Assembly: GCA_011056555.1 (NCBI GenBank)
Contig: DSEQ01000021.1
Coordinates: 1-64,000 of the forward strand
DNA: 64,000 bases
Direction of reading: 5' to 3'
DNA from: Candidatus Zixiibacteriota bacterium
Lineage (GTDB): Bacteria; Zixibacteria; MSB-5A5; JAABVY01
Below the pieces are notes generated by a model. It saw nothing but the letters and a program-made list of their open reading frames with translations. It was not told the origin of the DNA and made no database searches. Position numbers and translations under genes: made by a program. Shown piece after piece: positions 1 to 9,871 of this stretch (position 1 is the first letter of the stretch; each line of letters begins with the position of its first letter).

Positions 1-124
1 CGATGGCCGCCCCCTGGTATCCAAAGAAATGACCTCCGGCAGCAGTTACCGTAGCGGCAATCAACATGTGATAGACCCGGCTCCATTGCAGAGCCGGGCC
101 TTTCTTAGGTTTAAAGATCGCCAT

Positions 125-649
125 CTATTCTCCAAACTCAATCAGCAAAGAGAGCTTTGGTGTTGTCTGCTGCAATCCGAAATTGTAATCTGTACCCACT
201 GCAAAACCAAGGCAAAAATTCTGGATGCTCCAGGTCTTTGCCAGAGCGATGTATCCGGTCACATAGGTTACAGCAGTCTGCGCGTCTCCGATATAGTCCA
301 ATCGATCAAAACCCGGGCCTCCCTCCACGCCCCAGTCTTTCCAGATATACTGACGGATCACAGTTTTTAAGCTCAGGTTCTGCTCGAGATCAATATTCAG
401 GCCGTCTTCCTTAGTATACTCGGCCTGATAGGCAAACACAGCGACCATAGTGATTGTGCTGGGAGTAACCGCATATTTGAATCCGCCGCCAAAGTCAAAC
501 GCAGTTTGTGTCCGATCGGCCGCCCCCTGCATCACTCCCAACCGAAAGAATGCGCCCACAGGTATTCCGGGCGCTTCGTCTGTCTGGGCTATCAAGAATG
601 AAGGTCCCAGAAGGAAGATAAAAACCAGAATAATTAGCACTCGTCTCAT
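125..649 (-). CDS. secreted small outer-membrane beta-barrel-like protein
   Basis: 174 aa; N-terminal signal-like MRRVLIILVFIFLLGPSFLIAQ; alternating Gly/aromatic amphipathic pattern. Function inferred. Confidence 0.4.
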   Translation of the reverse strand: MRRVLIILVFIFLLGPSFLIAQTDEAPGIPVGAFFRLGVMQGAADRTQTAFDFGGGFKYAVTPSTITMVAVFAYQAEYTKEDGLNIDLEQNLSLKTVIRQYIWKDWGVEGGPGFDRLDYIGDAQTAVTYVTGYIALAKTWSIQNFCLGFAVGTDYNFGLQQTTPKLSLLIEFGE

Positions 650-1083
650 GTTGTACCTCCGTTCAACTTTTTTGCTGCCTTGGATAATTCCTCCGATGTG
701 ATCACGCCCTTAAGTGCTTTCCTTGACAGGGCGCCGGAGATTATCCTGGTTGCAATTTGTTTTTTCTCTTCGATCTTCTTTTGCAGTTTGGCTGAGGGAA
801 CAGGTGGAACCCGTTTTGTCGAATAGTCGGGAAAGCCGAGCTTTTCGATAAAGAAGTCGATGTACCCGTCAACTCTGTCGATCCACTCTGAGTCCGGGTA
901 GCTTGCGATCAGATTGTCGGTGATCTCATCAGCCAGTCCCGCGAGCCAATGGAAATATCGCTTCCTGGTGCCGACCTTCAGCCACTCTACCAGAAACTTG
1001 CTAATGAACAATCCCAGTCCGACATATACGATATTATCAATTCCGCCGAACCGTTCGATGACCCACATTACAACATCTTCCAT
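646..1083 (-). CDS. lysis-associated membrane protein (holin or i-spanin-like)
   Basis: Start chosen at ATG 1083, preceded by GGAGGT 7 nt upstream; one TM (IVYVGLGLFISKFLVEWL) then charged C-terminal region; immediately downstream of the lysin gene. Confidence 0.35.
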   Translation of the reverse strand: MEDVVMWVIERFGGIDNIVYVGLGLFISKFLVEWLKVGTRKRYFHWLAGLADEITDNLIASYPDSEWIDRVDGYIDFFIEKLGFPDYSTKRVPPVPSAKLQKKIEEKKQIATRIISGALSRKALKGVITSEELSKAAKKLNGGTT

Positions 1084-1120
1084 GCCTTTACCTCCTGGGG
1101 CTCCCGGCCCCTTTAGAATT

Positions 1121-1627
1121 TTATCTGAAAAGCCTGCGTATCCCCAGAATCCTCGTCTCGAGATAGCCGGCAATGCTGACCTTATTGCCCTGATTACCTC
1201 CCAAGAGATAGATCAGATCCGACCTGCTGTACTCGGCCTCTTCTTTTCGGCCGGCATAGAAACCGACATGACCCGGGGCGTCCGTCACATCGGGTCCCGG
1301 CTGGTTACCGCTTCCCCGCTTGAGAATGACCACATCAAATCCGACTCGGGCCTGCTCGATGTCCACCGACCTTCCAACCTCGAGCCACGACCTGGCCCGC
1401 AAGTCCTTTGACCTGGGGAGTCGCAAAAGCCAGCAGATATAATTAACGAATGCCGAACACCAGGGGACCTCATCATGCTCCGGCCATTTCTGATCAAGCC
1501 TGAGCATCGCCAATATCTGGGGATTATCCTGATTAAGAGGCAGTTCTTCCATTCCCACAAATCTCTGGGCAAGTTCAAAGGCGTTGATGCTGATTTTATT
1601 ATAAATTAACATTCCGGTCCCCCTCAT
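1121..1627 (-). CDS. CHAP-like peptidoglycan hydrolase (phage lysin, TIGR02594-type)
   Basis: Motifs WCSAFV (Cys), GHVGFY (His) and LLGGNQ typical of the phage CHAP-like lysin family; ATGA overlap with the upstream gene. Confidence 0.55.
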   Translation of the reverse strand: MRGTGMLIYNKISINAFELAQRFVGMEELPLNQDNPQILAMLRLDQKWPEHDEVPWCSAFVNYICWLLRLPRSKDLRARSWLEVGRSVDIEQARVGFDVVILKRGSGNQPGPDVTDAPGHVGFYAGRKEEAEYSRSDLIYLLGGNQGNKVSIAGYLETRILGIRRLFR

Positions 1628-2025
1628 TCATCACTGGTTGCAGTCAGGTCAATAATTGCCGCCGGGGGCACGTTGTCTGTCGTGGTCACCGTCGCCACAT
1701 TGGAAAGCCCCGACCAGTTGCCCGCCTCGTCGGAAGTCTTGACTGCAAAGTGATAAGTCGTATTGGCCTCCAGACCCTCGACCGTGAAGGTCTCGGGACT
1801 GCCTGCCTCTTGCGGTACAGGCTCACCCGTGGCCTCAATGCAGTCATTCCAATTCTGCTCGGTGATCGGGTTGAGCGAGTAGCGCACATCGTACTGGTAG
1901 GCTGTGCCCACATTGCCGTCGTCTCCCGGCGCAGTCCAGTTCAAGGTTACCGATGTCACCTCCTGGCCAAAAAGAGATCCGCAGAGGATCATCGTCCAGA
2001 GAAATATTAACAGCACGCGCTTCAT
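1624..2025 (-). CDS. secreted fibronectin type III domain protein
   Basis: Signal peptide MKRVLLIFLWTMILCGSLFG; FN3-like LNWTAP...YQYDVRY...TTYHFAV pattern. Confidence 0.5.
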   Translation of the reverse strand: MKRVLLIFLWTMILCGSLFGQEVTSVTLNWTAPGDDGNVGTAYQYDVRYSLNPITEQNWNDCIEATGEPVPQEAGSPETFTVEGLEANTTYHFAVKTSDEAGNWSGLSNVATVTTTDNVPPAAIIDLTATSDE

Positions 2026-2038
2026 AGCTCCTCCTTGT

Positions 2039-2848
2039 CTATCCTATGATTACCACCTTGGGTTGAGATGTGCCGCCGCTGGTGCGCAGAACCTCAACCG
2101 CTAATTGTGTCAGCCGCAGTTCGGGCGAGCCCTCTCTCAAGACTTCCACCACCTCCTGGGTGATGCGCCCGGCGGCCTCGGTGGAAGGAATAGCAGGTAT
2201 GGCGCTCCCGGCCGTCCCCACACCGAACCAGTCGAAGTAGCTATCATAAGAAGCATAAACACCCACGGCCCCGGAAGCATGGGCTGAATCGGTGGTGTCG
2301 ATCATCCAGGATGCAGGCTCGTCCTCACCGTCGCGCCAGACCTTCGCCCGCAGGGTCGTCCCGCTGACGTATAGTCGCAGCCAGTACCAGAAATCTTCTT
2401 CGATCTTCTTGCGGGGAACAACGTCCTCCGTGTCCAGGTCGAAGTCCTCCAGTACATAGAGGAGTCCGTCTTCTATTTTCCGAAGCGAGAGTATGTTTCC
2501 GTAGACGTCCAGCGCCAGGAAGTAGCCCTGCTTGCCGTTGCTGTCGGTGGAGGCGCGCGCCACCAGCCCGGTGACCCGCTGACCCGCGTAGGTGGGCATC
2601 ACCCTGCCCTTCAGGTCGACATCGGCGGGCGTCCCCACGTCGTCCCAGGTAAGAGCGTGAGCGACCCCGATTACCGAGGCATCGCCTTTGAGCACCATGT
2701 CGCCGAAACTCGAACCACTCACGGGTTCGCCCGAGGCCGCCTCTATGGTCCAGGTGAAGTAGCCTGAATCCCAGGTCTCGCTCCAGTCCGGTGGAGGATT
2801 GCCGTCCGAGTAGCCGCTATCTGAAAAGTCTGTTGAGAATTGCGCCAT
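2039..2848 (-). CDS. hypothetical tail-fibre-associated protein (lectin-like?)
   Basis: 269-aa ORF in the tail fibre region; no diagnostic motif. Confidence 0.35.
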   Translation of the reverse strand: MAQFSTDFSDSGYSDGNPPPDWSETWDSGYFTWTIEAASGEPVSGSSFGDMVLKGDASVIGVAHALTWDDVGTPADVDLKGRVMPTYAGQRVTGLVARASTDSNGKQGYFLALDVYGNILSLRKIEDGLLYVLEDFDLDTEDVVPRKKIEEDFWYWLRLYVSGTTLRAKVWRDGEDEPASWMIDTTDSAHASGAVGVYASYDSYFDWFGVGTAGSAIPAIPSTEAAGRITQEVVEVLREGSPELRLTQLAVEVLRTSGGTSQPKVVIIG

Positions 2849-2860
2849 GCGTCACCTCCC

Positions 2861-3880
2861 TCAGGTTGTCAGTTTCACGCCATACTCGGCCCCATTGACA
2901 TCGGAATCACTCCATGCGCTGGAGGGGTCGGAGGGCGGGTTCTCAAAAATTTCCTGGCGAGTCTTATAATTGTCGTAGCCGTCCAGCTCGGTGCCGGTGT
3001 AGTCAGTGGAGCTTATTCTTATCAGCGGCGTGAATTTTCGCTGTCCGGCATCATCTTTTCTGAGCGCCAGATTTAAGGCCACAGCCAGGATATTGGCGCC
3101 CGAGATAGGCGTCAAATTGTCGAAAGTATAGCTGTCGATCTCGTTCAAAACGTCGGTCGAATTATAGGTGCTGTCGTCATCCTGATCGTTGGCATCATCG
3201 ACGTTGGCGTAATTGCTGGTTCCCGAGGGGGTCGGAGTCCATTGAGAATAATTGCCGGCACCGTCCGGCCAGAGTGTATCTATCCGACAATCCCCCTGGA
3301 AGTCGTCGTCAGCAATGTAAAGGTCATCCAGACGCAGATACCCGCCTCCGCTGATGCTGCCTCTCAAGTTGAGTGCGTCCACTCCGGAGTCGGTCCCCGC
3401 CTTCGTATCTGCGCCGGAATCAGAAACAACGGTCGACTCGTTGACCCTGACCTCGTAGCTGCCGGATGAGTCATGCACGTAGATCTTGAACTCGAGGTAG
3501 ATCCAGGTGTTGACGGCGATCACGCCCGAGGAGGACTGCCCCAGGATCGTGCCACTGTAGTCACCCCGCCTGACTGTCACGCTCCCGTCGCTTTCGACCT
3601 TCACCGTGCACTGTACCGTCGCGTTCCTGATGAGCCGGAACCCGGAGTGGTTGGCCAGGGAGCTCATGTGGAGGGCGAAGCCGCAGACGACCGTCTCCTT
3701 CACCGCCAGGAGATAGCTGACTACATTTCCCGGGCTGGCAGCCGGGGTCAGACGGAGGTGCCTGCCGCCGGTTCTGCGCGGTTCGGTAGTCTCGATCGTG
3801 GCAGAGTAAGCGCTGCCCCACTTCCGGTCAATCTCGGCCGTGGCGTAATGATCAAAGCCGTCCATAAAAAGTAATCCCAT
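2861..3880 (-). CDS. putative tail fibre / receptor-binding protein
   Basis: 339 aa, Ser/Thr/Gly-rich beta-rich composition; position downstream of the host specificity protein. Confidence 0.4.
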   Translation of the reverse strand: MGLLFMDGFDHYATAEIDRKWGSAYSATIETTEPRRTGGRHLRLTPAASPGNVVSYLLAVKETVVCGFALHMSSLANHSGFRLIRNATVQCTVKVESDGSVTVRRGDYSGTILGQSSSGVIAVNTWIYLEFKIYVHDSSGSYEVRVNESTVVSDSGADTKAGTDSGVDALNLRGSISGGGYLRLDDLYIADDDFQGDCRIDTLWPDGAGNYSQWTPTPSGTSNYANVDDANDQDDDSTYNSTDVLNEIDSYTFDNLTPISGANILAVALNLALRKDDAGQRKFTPLIRISSTDYTGTELDGYDNYKTRQEIFENPPSDPSSAWSDSDVNGAEYGVKLTT

Positions 3881-3889
3881 AGCTGCTCC

Positions 3890-4696
3890 TTATGTTTTGG
3901 TTCCCTTCAATAAAAATCCGATATCGGCCAGGGTGGCATCCTGGGATGAGGGAGCTTCTACCGTGAGCACATCCCCGGCCGTAAAGTCCTCATCTGAGGA
4001 TGATGTTGAAAACGTGGCGGTTGTGGCCGAGCCCGCGAAGCTCATGGTGGCAAACTCCACTCCGTTCTTCTTTATTGCGAAATCAGCCTGTGCCGTGGGA
4101 GCCGTTCCGAGCACGCCCTGGGAGCCGGAGAGGTCGTCGGGGAAGTTCACGTCCCTGGTAAAAGGTATGCGCAGAAGCACCTCGGAGGCCGAAGGTTTGC
4201 CGTTGAAGGATGAACCGATGTCGTATGAATTGTCGGTGAATTCAACTCCATCCTCGGCACTCTTGACCCGCAGCAGCTTAGAGCCTTGGCCACTGTAGCT
4301 GGAGGGTGTGTCACCCAGATCGGTGAAGTCAGCGGCCAGTATCGAGCCTTCCGTCTGCCATCCGCTGGAGGCGCTGGCATAGACATAAGCCGTGTCCTCA
4401 TCCTGGACGTAAACGCGCCAGCCCTCCTGCGGTGTCCAGAAGACCCAGCCTGAAGACTTATAGTAGGCCACATCATCGTCATGCCCGTTCCAGTCCCCTG
4501 AATTCGAATCGGTCGGAGAACCGACAATATACATATCGCCATCGGAGGGACTCCCCGGCGGGGTGGTCAAATCCTTGTCCTTCACAGTCGCCTGCACCAG
4601 GCCGTCCAAGATTCGCAGAGCTTCGTTGTGCGTCAGATATTTGGAGGCCTGCGATTCCGAGATTTCAGGCATAGTTAATTTTGGTGTATCAGCCAT
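3890..4696 (-). CDS. DUF2793-like tail fibre N-domain protein
   Basis: HNEALRILDGL...PPGSPSDGDMYIV...WTPQEGWRVYVQDE resembles the DUF2793 consensus found beside GTA-type host specificity proteins. Confidence 0.45.
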   Translation of the reverse strand: MADTPKLTMPEISESQASKYLTHNEALRILDGLVQATVKDKDLTTPPGSPSDGDMYIVGSPTDSNSGDWNGHDDDVAYYKSSGWVFWTPQEGWRVYVQDEDTAYVYASASSGWQTEGSILAADFTDLGDTPSSYSGQGSKLLRVKSAEDGVEFTDNSYDIGSSFNGKPSASEVLLRIPFTRDVNFPDDLSGSQGVLGTAPTAQADFAIKKNGVEFATMSFAGSATTATFSTSSSDEDFTAGDVLTVEAPSSQDATLADIGFLLKGTKT

Positions 4697-4717
4697 GTTT
4701 CAAACTCCTTATTTTTT

Positions 4718-7700
4718 TTAGACGGTTGCCTCCGCTCCGAAGCCTCGTCCGACCGTGTCCGATATTTGATAGATGGCCAAATCGACCGGGTCGCCAGGCG
4801 TCAGACCATCGGCAGTCTGTTGAGCGGCGGTATATGTCGCCGACTCCGAACTGGCATTGATGGTCCTTACCACCGTCGAACCGCCATAGATATCGAGCTC
4901 ATAGGCTTCGCTGTTTTCTCCCAGGGGCACTCCATACAGATCCCGCCATTCACCGCCGACCCGGGTGCGTCTTATCCAGCTGATGGTCAGGTCATTACTT
5001 GCATCCCGGCTGCCGCTTATATGCTGAGGAGAAAGGGGCATCATGTTGCGCAGTTCGCAAGTGAAGGCCTGAATGTTTCCGGTGTCCATGCTCATGCCGA
5101 TCGAGACAGCCACATAGTGCCTTTCCACATCCATGTCATTAACCGGAAAGTCCTCGAAATTTATTTTGTTGGAGGCCAGCACAACGAAGGTATCTCCGGC
5201 GGCATGGTCGGCGGTAGCCCAATCGGTTCCCCTGCGCCCCCGCAGAAGCCCGCTCAAGGTATAAGTGCCGTCGCTCTCGGCCACAACGGTGGTGTACTGG
5301 ATAATCTCATCCCCCAGGATGGCGGCATTGCTTCCATTTAAGACCTCTTCCTGGGTGGCGCTTGTCAGGCTGTCGGTGGTATCGAGCAAACGGATGTTGA
5401 CCGAATTTCCATCATCCCAGACAAACGGGTCGGCCACATCCCCGAGTACATCCGTGGCCTTGCCGACCGTCGCATCCCTGGCGGAAGCTGAATATTCAGA
5501 CCAGCTGGCGCCGCCGTCCAGGCTCTTGAAAAGCACCGCGCCTCTCCAGGCATTAAGATATCCGAGAGTAGCGAAATAGAGCCCGGGCTTGTTGTGGGTG
5601 TCCAGAAGCATGGGGCAGTCGATCAGCACCAGTCTGGTCGGGCCCTCATAGATGACGTCCTGCTCATGTTCGGGCAGGGGCACTCCACTGGCATCAGAGA
5701 TATAGGCCTGCGGGTCCTCATTGGCCAGATTCACCTCCAGGAGGCCCGATTTATAGGCCAAATCCTCTATTCTGACCAGGTGGCTCTGGCCTCCTTCCGT
5801 GACCGTGATGACATCGGCCGGATCGAGGTAATAATATTCTCGCGATATTTCGATGATGTGTTTGGTGCGCATGGTCCATAGATTGGCCAGGTGCTTAACC
5901 GCCGCCTGCTTGGCTTCGTCGGCTGTCATCACGATCGGCAGGCTCAAGCTGAGTTTGTTCTCGCTCCTCGAGATCAATCGTCTTTCAGATTGCAGGCCCG
6001 GATCGTAGTCGGCGTAAAAGTCGATATATCTGACATCCACCTGAATCGGCAGATCTGTTTCCTGGCTGCGAATGCTCAGCAGTTCCATCGGCCTCTGATC
6101 GCCGCTCTTGTGTGCGGCCAGATCTGATTCCGGTATGGTCAGAGAAGATGAGCCGCCTCGCTTTACAAACTTCAATTTTCCGTCGCTCTCCACTCCATCA
6201 AAAAAGAAGCCGTTCATCAAGGCCTCGATGGCGGCCCGGGCTGACATGCGGTTATTGATTACAAAGCCGCGCACACTGTCGGTCAGGGCGGTGACATCAA
6301 TATCGGCCGCCCCGAGATCAACCTGTTCGCAGATGTCTGTCACAATTTCCGAAAGCTGTACCGCATTGGGGATGGTGCGGTCCAGCAAAATCTTGCAGGC
6401 GTTATAAGTCTGACCCGAGACCATTTGAAAAACCGAATGAGTTAGAGGGTCATAGAGTGAACCGCCGTTGAAAAGCAGACTGGTTTCCCAATCATTGACA
6501 ACTCGATGGTCGGCGACGTTGATCTCTTTAATCCTGGAGACATAGCTGACAAAGAGAGAACCGTTGACCACCCCCCGCTTCCATTCCGAATAACCATAGG
6601 CCCCCACATACTGGCCGATCATCTTATAGGAGAAGGTCAGAGTATGAATCGGGCCGAGGTCGGTCACATCGAAGAAGGCAATGGCCGGGCCGTTTCCATC
6701 ATCATCGTTGGTTCCGACTATGAGCTGATTTGAATCAGCATCGAAGCAGATATATCTTCCTCCCCTGATATAAGAGCTGATGTTGATGTTTCTCTGAACA
6801 TGGCTGGTTCCGGTGTTATCGAGCCAGGTGACATAGGTGGTGTCGGGCGTCACCAGATCGGAGCAGACCACAAAGGCATCACCGCTGTCATGGTCGACAG
6901 CGATTTGCTTGACCACACCGACCGGCGCAGTGAACTCCTCGGCCGCTCCGGCACCCCAGGCCAGGTCCCCTCGATCGACGGCATAGATTCTGGAGGAGCT
7001 GATGCCGCTGAAGTATAGCCAGGGATGGTTCGGGTTGCGGCTGACCGCAAAGTTGTCACATCCATAGGTGAAGGTGGAGCTCGACTCTTTCACCGGGAGG
7101 AGCGTATCTCCGTCCAATGTCTGCAACCTCACATCGGAGTTGCTGGCATAGATTGTGCCTGTCTCATCTATGTCATATTTTTGTGTATTAGAGGGGATGC
7201 CCGAATTGAAGGCATAGGCCACCACGTCCCCGGTGATGACTGAGAGCTTGTACCAGTGGCCGGAGGCCTGGGCCATGATATGTATGCCATCGGCATAGGC
7301 CACCCAGGAATCAGAACCATAGATGGACGCCGCCAGCTCCTCGAGTGGATCGACGGTGATCACACTGGTGGCGTCTGTCACCACTTCAAAATTAAAATTT
7401 GGAATGCGGTTGCCGTAGTCCTCCAGAGGAAAATCCTTGAAGACCATATAGACCAGGCCCCGGAAGGCCGGTACGTTGCCTTCGCCCTCGACCGCTTCTA
7501 TGATCGGGTCAGGTGTCTGCGATTCGTCGCCCAGGTGCTGAACCCATGAGCTCTGATCTATCGACAGACCTCTGCGCCTTCCCGGCCGGACAACCTGGTT
7601 GTTGGCATCGGTAATGTCGTAGATCAATTTTGAATCGGCCCAGATTTTGGTAATCTTATCGACAGGGCCATTGCAGATTCCGATCGCAAAGCTGGCATAA

Positions 7701-8005
7701 TATTCGTAGCCGGTAATCTCCTGTCCGCCGCCCCCCTTGCCGCCGACCTCGGTGGTGACCTCGACCTCGGTTATTTCGTCGGCCCAGATCAGATTTCCGG
7801 CCAGGCGCGCCGCACCCCAGATCTGGTTTATAGGAACACCATAGGCCGAACTTTGAACTTTCAAATCCTCCAGGCGCGGGCCCTCTACCGCATCAGGCGG
7901 AAACAGCCAGCGCCGGTCTATATAACCGCCTATAAAGGAGCCTATTAAGCCCCCGATCGGGCCAAAAGCATACCACCCGGCTATCCCTAATCCCAGCTGT
8001 GCCAT
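4718..8005 (-). CDS. host specificity protein (lambda J / GTA gp15-like)
   Basis: 1095 aa; N-terminal GIGGLIGSFIGGYIDRRWLFPP...LKVQSSAYGVPINQIWGAARLAGNLIWA typical of this family; position after the NlpC/P60 tip gene. Confidence 0.7.
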   Translation of the reverse strand: MAQLGLGIAGWYAFGPIGGLIGSFIGGYIDRRWLFPPDAVEGPRLEDLKVQSSAYGVPINQIWGAARLAGNLIWADEITEVEVTTEVGGKGGGGQEITGYEYYASFAIGICNGPVDKITKIWADSKLIYDITDANNQVVRPGRRRGLSIDQSSWVQHLGDESQTPDPIIEAVEGEGNVPAFRGLVYMVFKDFPLEDYGNRIPNFNFEVVTDATSVITVDPLEELAASIYGSDSWVAYADGIHIMAQASGHWYKLSVITGDVVAYAFNSGIPSNTQKYDIDETGTIYASNSDVRLQTLDGDTLLPVKESSSTFTYGCDNFAVSRNPNHPWLYFSGISSSRIYAVDRGDLAWGAGAAEEFTAPVGVVKQIAVDHDSGDAFVVCSDLVTPDTTYVTWLDNTGTSHVQRNINISSYIRGGRYICFDADSNQLIVGTNDDDGNGPAIAFFDVTDLGPIHTLTFSYKMIGQYVGAYGYSEWKRGVVNGSLFVSYVSRIKEINVADHRVVNDWETSLLFNGGSLYDPLTHSVFQMVSGQTYNACKILLDRTIPNAVQLSEIVTDICEQVDLGAADIDVTALTDSVRGFVINNRMSARAAIEALMNGFFFDGVESDGKLKFVKRGGSSSLTIPESDLAAHKSGDQRPMELLSIRSQETDLPIQVDVRYIDFYADYDPGLQSERRLISRSENKLSLSLPIVMTADEAKQAAVKHLANLWTMRTKHIIEISREYYYLDPADVITVTEGGQSHLVRIEDLAYKSGLLEVNLANEDPQAYISDASGVPLPEHEQDVIYEGPTRLVLIDCPMLLDTHNKPGLYFATLGYLNAWRGAVLFKSLDGGASWSEYSASARDATVGKATDVLGDVADPFVWDDGNSVNIRLLDTTDSLTSATQEEVLNGSNAAILGDEIIQYTTVVAESDGTYTLSGLLRGRRGTDWATADHAAGDTFVVLASNKINFEDFPVNDMDVERHYVAVSIGMSMDTGNIQAFTCELRNMMPLSPQHISGSRDASNDLTISWIRRTRVGGEWRDLYGVPLGENSEAYELDIYGGSTVVRTINASSESATYTAAQQTADGLTPGDPVDLAIYQISDTVGRGFGAEATV

Positions 8006-8406
8006 CAGCGCACCCCCCGAATCTTATAGTAGGCCACGATGCGTCCCAGAAATAAGGGCTGTTCCACAACCTTCTTCTCGATCGCCGAGGCATTGATGAC
8101 ACCTTTGTCGCTCAATATGCCGAAATGAGTGGAGCGTCCCCCATAATTCATCAGCACCAGATCTCCCGGCCTGGCCTGCGAGCCTTCGATGCGATCAGCG
8201 TATTTATTGATCTGCTCAAAGACCTGGCGGCTGCTGGGATGCCTGGGATAAGCGCCCAGCTCGATCTTATTGCCAAAGACGGCGAGCCCGACCAGCTCCA
8301 GCAGGCCGACACAGTCAAGACCACTTCTCGATCTGCCCCGGTGCTGAAAGGGCACACCCAGGAAGGAGCGGGCCTCCTCAATTATTTGCTCACGTTCACT
8401 CATCAA
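8005..8406 (-). CDS. NlpC/P60 family tail tip peptidase (lambda K / GTA g14-like)
   Basis: Cys in GLDCVGLLELV, His in THFGIL; 133 aa. Confidence 0.65.
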   Translation of the reverse strand: MMSEREQIIEEARSFLGVPFQHRGRSRSGLDCVGLLELVGLAVFGNKIELGAYPRHPSSRQVFEQINKYADRIEGSQARPGDLVLMNYGGRSTHFGILSDKGVINASAIEKKVVEQPLFLGRIVAYYKIRGVR

Positions 8407-9272
8407 TAATACTCCAGCAGTTTATCCGTGCCCGGGACAAAAGGTTCGCCCCGGAAGTTTTCAACATTATCAAAGACATCGCGGCAGGTGTCGCGGCTCT
8501 TGTCACAGCCATAGGTGACCTCATATTCATCACCGACCGAAATATCATTAGGCATCTTTTCAAACAGGGTGAAGGTCTGGGTCACCGGGTCATATTTTTT
8601 GACCTCCATGCTGTAACCGGCATTGGCCCCGCCCGTGCTGTCATCCTTGAAGGTCAGTTTTCCGAAACGAAAGACATCCGTCACCTCGACTCTGGATGTG
8701 TCAGTAAACGTGCGACGATCGGCAGCGGATGTCACACTGCCGTCGGCCCAGAAGGTCATGGCCGAATCAGCCAGGTCCACACCGCACTGGCTGTCACCCA
8801 GGTCGGCCCGGCAGTGCGGTGAAAACAGATCACAGACGTTCTGCTGCAGGAGCTGGCCCTTGCCCCTGATCTCTGCAAAAAAATCATTGTCCTCAATTCT
8901 GACCTCGCCCAGCTTCCAGCCTTTCACCAGATAGAGCTTGCCCTGGGTCAGGTCTGAATAATTCACGAAGAAGATGTCAACATCGGCATAATCAAAAAGC
9001 CCGGCCTCGATGTCGGCCTCTGTAATCTTCTCTGAATCGAGGTATGACATGGCTTCCATGTTGTCAGCCGAAAGATCGCGCTTCTGAGAGAGGGACTTAG
9101 GCAGCATACCCGAGGAAGCCTCATAGGTGTCGCCGTCAATAACCAGGTCGACATCATGGCTGGTGAAGAAAAATTCTTCTCCGTCCTGGCGCAGGATGCG
9201 CCAGCACACCGCCAGGGTGCTGAGGTTTGCCGCCAGGTGATCCTTGAGATTTGTTCCGATGGTTTTGCTCAT
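8403..9272 (-). CDS. DUF2163 / phage BR0599-like distal tail protein (GTA g13-like)
   Basis: LAVCWRILRQDGEEFFFTSHDVDLVIDGDTYEA N-terminal motif; position. Confidence 0.55.
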   Translation of the reverse strand: MSKTIGTNLKDHLAANLSTLAVCWRILRQDGEEFFFTSHDVDLVIDGDTYEASSGMLPKSLSQKRDLSADNMEAMSYLDSEKITEADIEAGLFDYADVDIFFVNYSDLTQGKLYLVKGWKLGEVRIEDNDFFAEIRGKGQLLQQNVCDLFSPHCRADLGDSQCGVDLADSAMTFWADGSVTSAADRRTFTDTSRVEVTDVFRFGKLTFKDDSTGGANAGYSMEVKKYDPVTQTFTLFEKMPNDISVGDEYEVTYGCDKSRDTCRDVFDNVENFRGEPFVPGTDKLLEYY

Positions 9273-9871
9273 GACTTCAACTCCAGTAGAATTACATCCG
9301 CCGCCCGGGCCTGGTAGGAGGAGAGATTGACCGGGAGATAATCCGATTCAAACCTGACCGGTATATCAAAATCGAAATCGGCCGTGATCACTTCGCCCGA
9401 AGTCGGAGGACTGCTGAAGGTTACAATTCCGGTGGTTGTATCTACCGACCAGCCCGAGGCCTGCTCCACGCTGTCTATGTAAATTGTGACCGTGCCCGAG
9501 ACCGGCTTGGTGATTTTGCGCTCATAGCTCTCCCCTCCGGAGCTGTAAGTCTTTATCAACTGAAATTCGGTCTCGGAGCCATCGCCGGTTCCGAGTTCCT
9601 CGCCTGTGGCCTGGTAGTCATCATGATCTTTAAAGCGGAAGCCGTATGCTCGCCCTTTGCGGGCGTAGAAAAAGGCCCGGAGGGAGTCCAGTTGGCCTTT
9701 CTCCCTCACGCCGTAGCCCACATTCCACCTCTGCCGGGCATAGGTCCAGTTCTGGTTTCGTCTCTCATGCCCGCTCCCGAGCTCGATCACTTCGGTGGAG
9801 AACTCGGGCCCCCCGCTCGATTCGTAGCTGATGTCGGTCGGGAATTGCACTTCGTGAAAATCGTCAGCCAT
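9269..9871 (-). CDS. DUF2460-like distal tail protein (GTA g12-like)
   Basis: FPTDISYESSGGPEF...RQRWNVGYG...FFYARKGRAYGFRFKD pattern. Confidence 0.55.
   Translation of the reverse strand: MADDFHEVQFPTDISYESSGGPEFSTEVIELGSGHERRNQNWTYARQRWNVGYGVREKGQLDSLRAFFYARKGRAYGFRFKDHDDYQATGEELGTGDGSETEFQLIKTYSSGGESYERKITKPVSGTVTIYIDSVEQASGWSVDTTTGIVTFSSPPTSGEVITADFDFDIPVRFESDYLPVNLSSYQARAADVILLELKS

Noticed and set aside
1-124. Left att copy (TAGCGG match near position 45)
   Set aside because: Only a 6-7-nt match to the tRNA 3' segment, which is chance level.
29-370. Plus-strand ORF 29-370
   Set aside because: It overlaps the minus-strand signal-peptide/beta-barrel ORF 125-649, which has more protein-like features.
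4766-7549. Several plus-strand ORFs (for example 4766-5341, 5265-5579, 6108-6407, 7256-7549) inside the host specificity gene
   Set aside because: They are antisense to a long, well-supported minus-strand gene with family-specific motifs. Their products are low-complexity Arg/Pro/Ala-rich, typical of GC-rich antisense frames.
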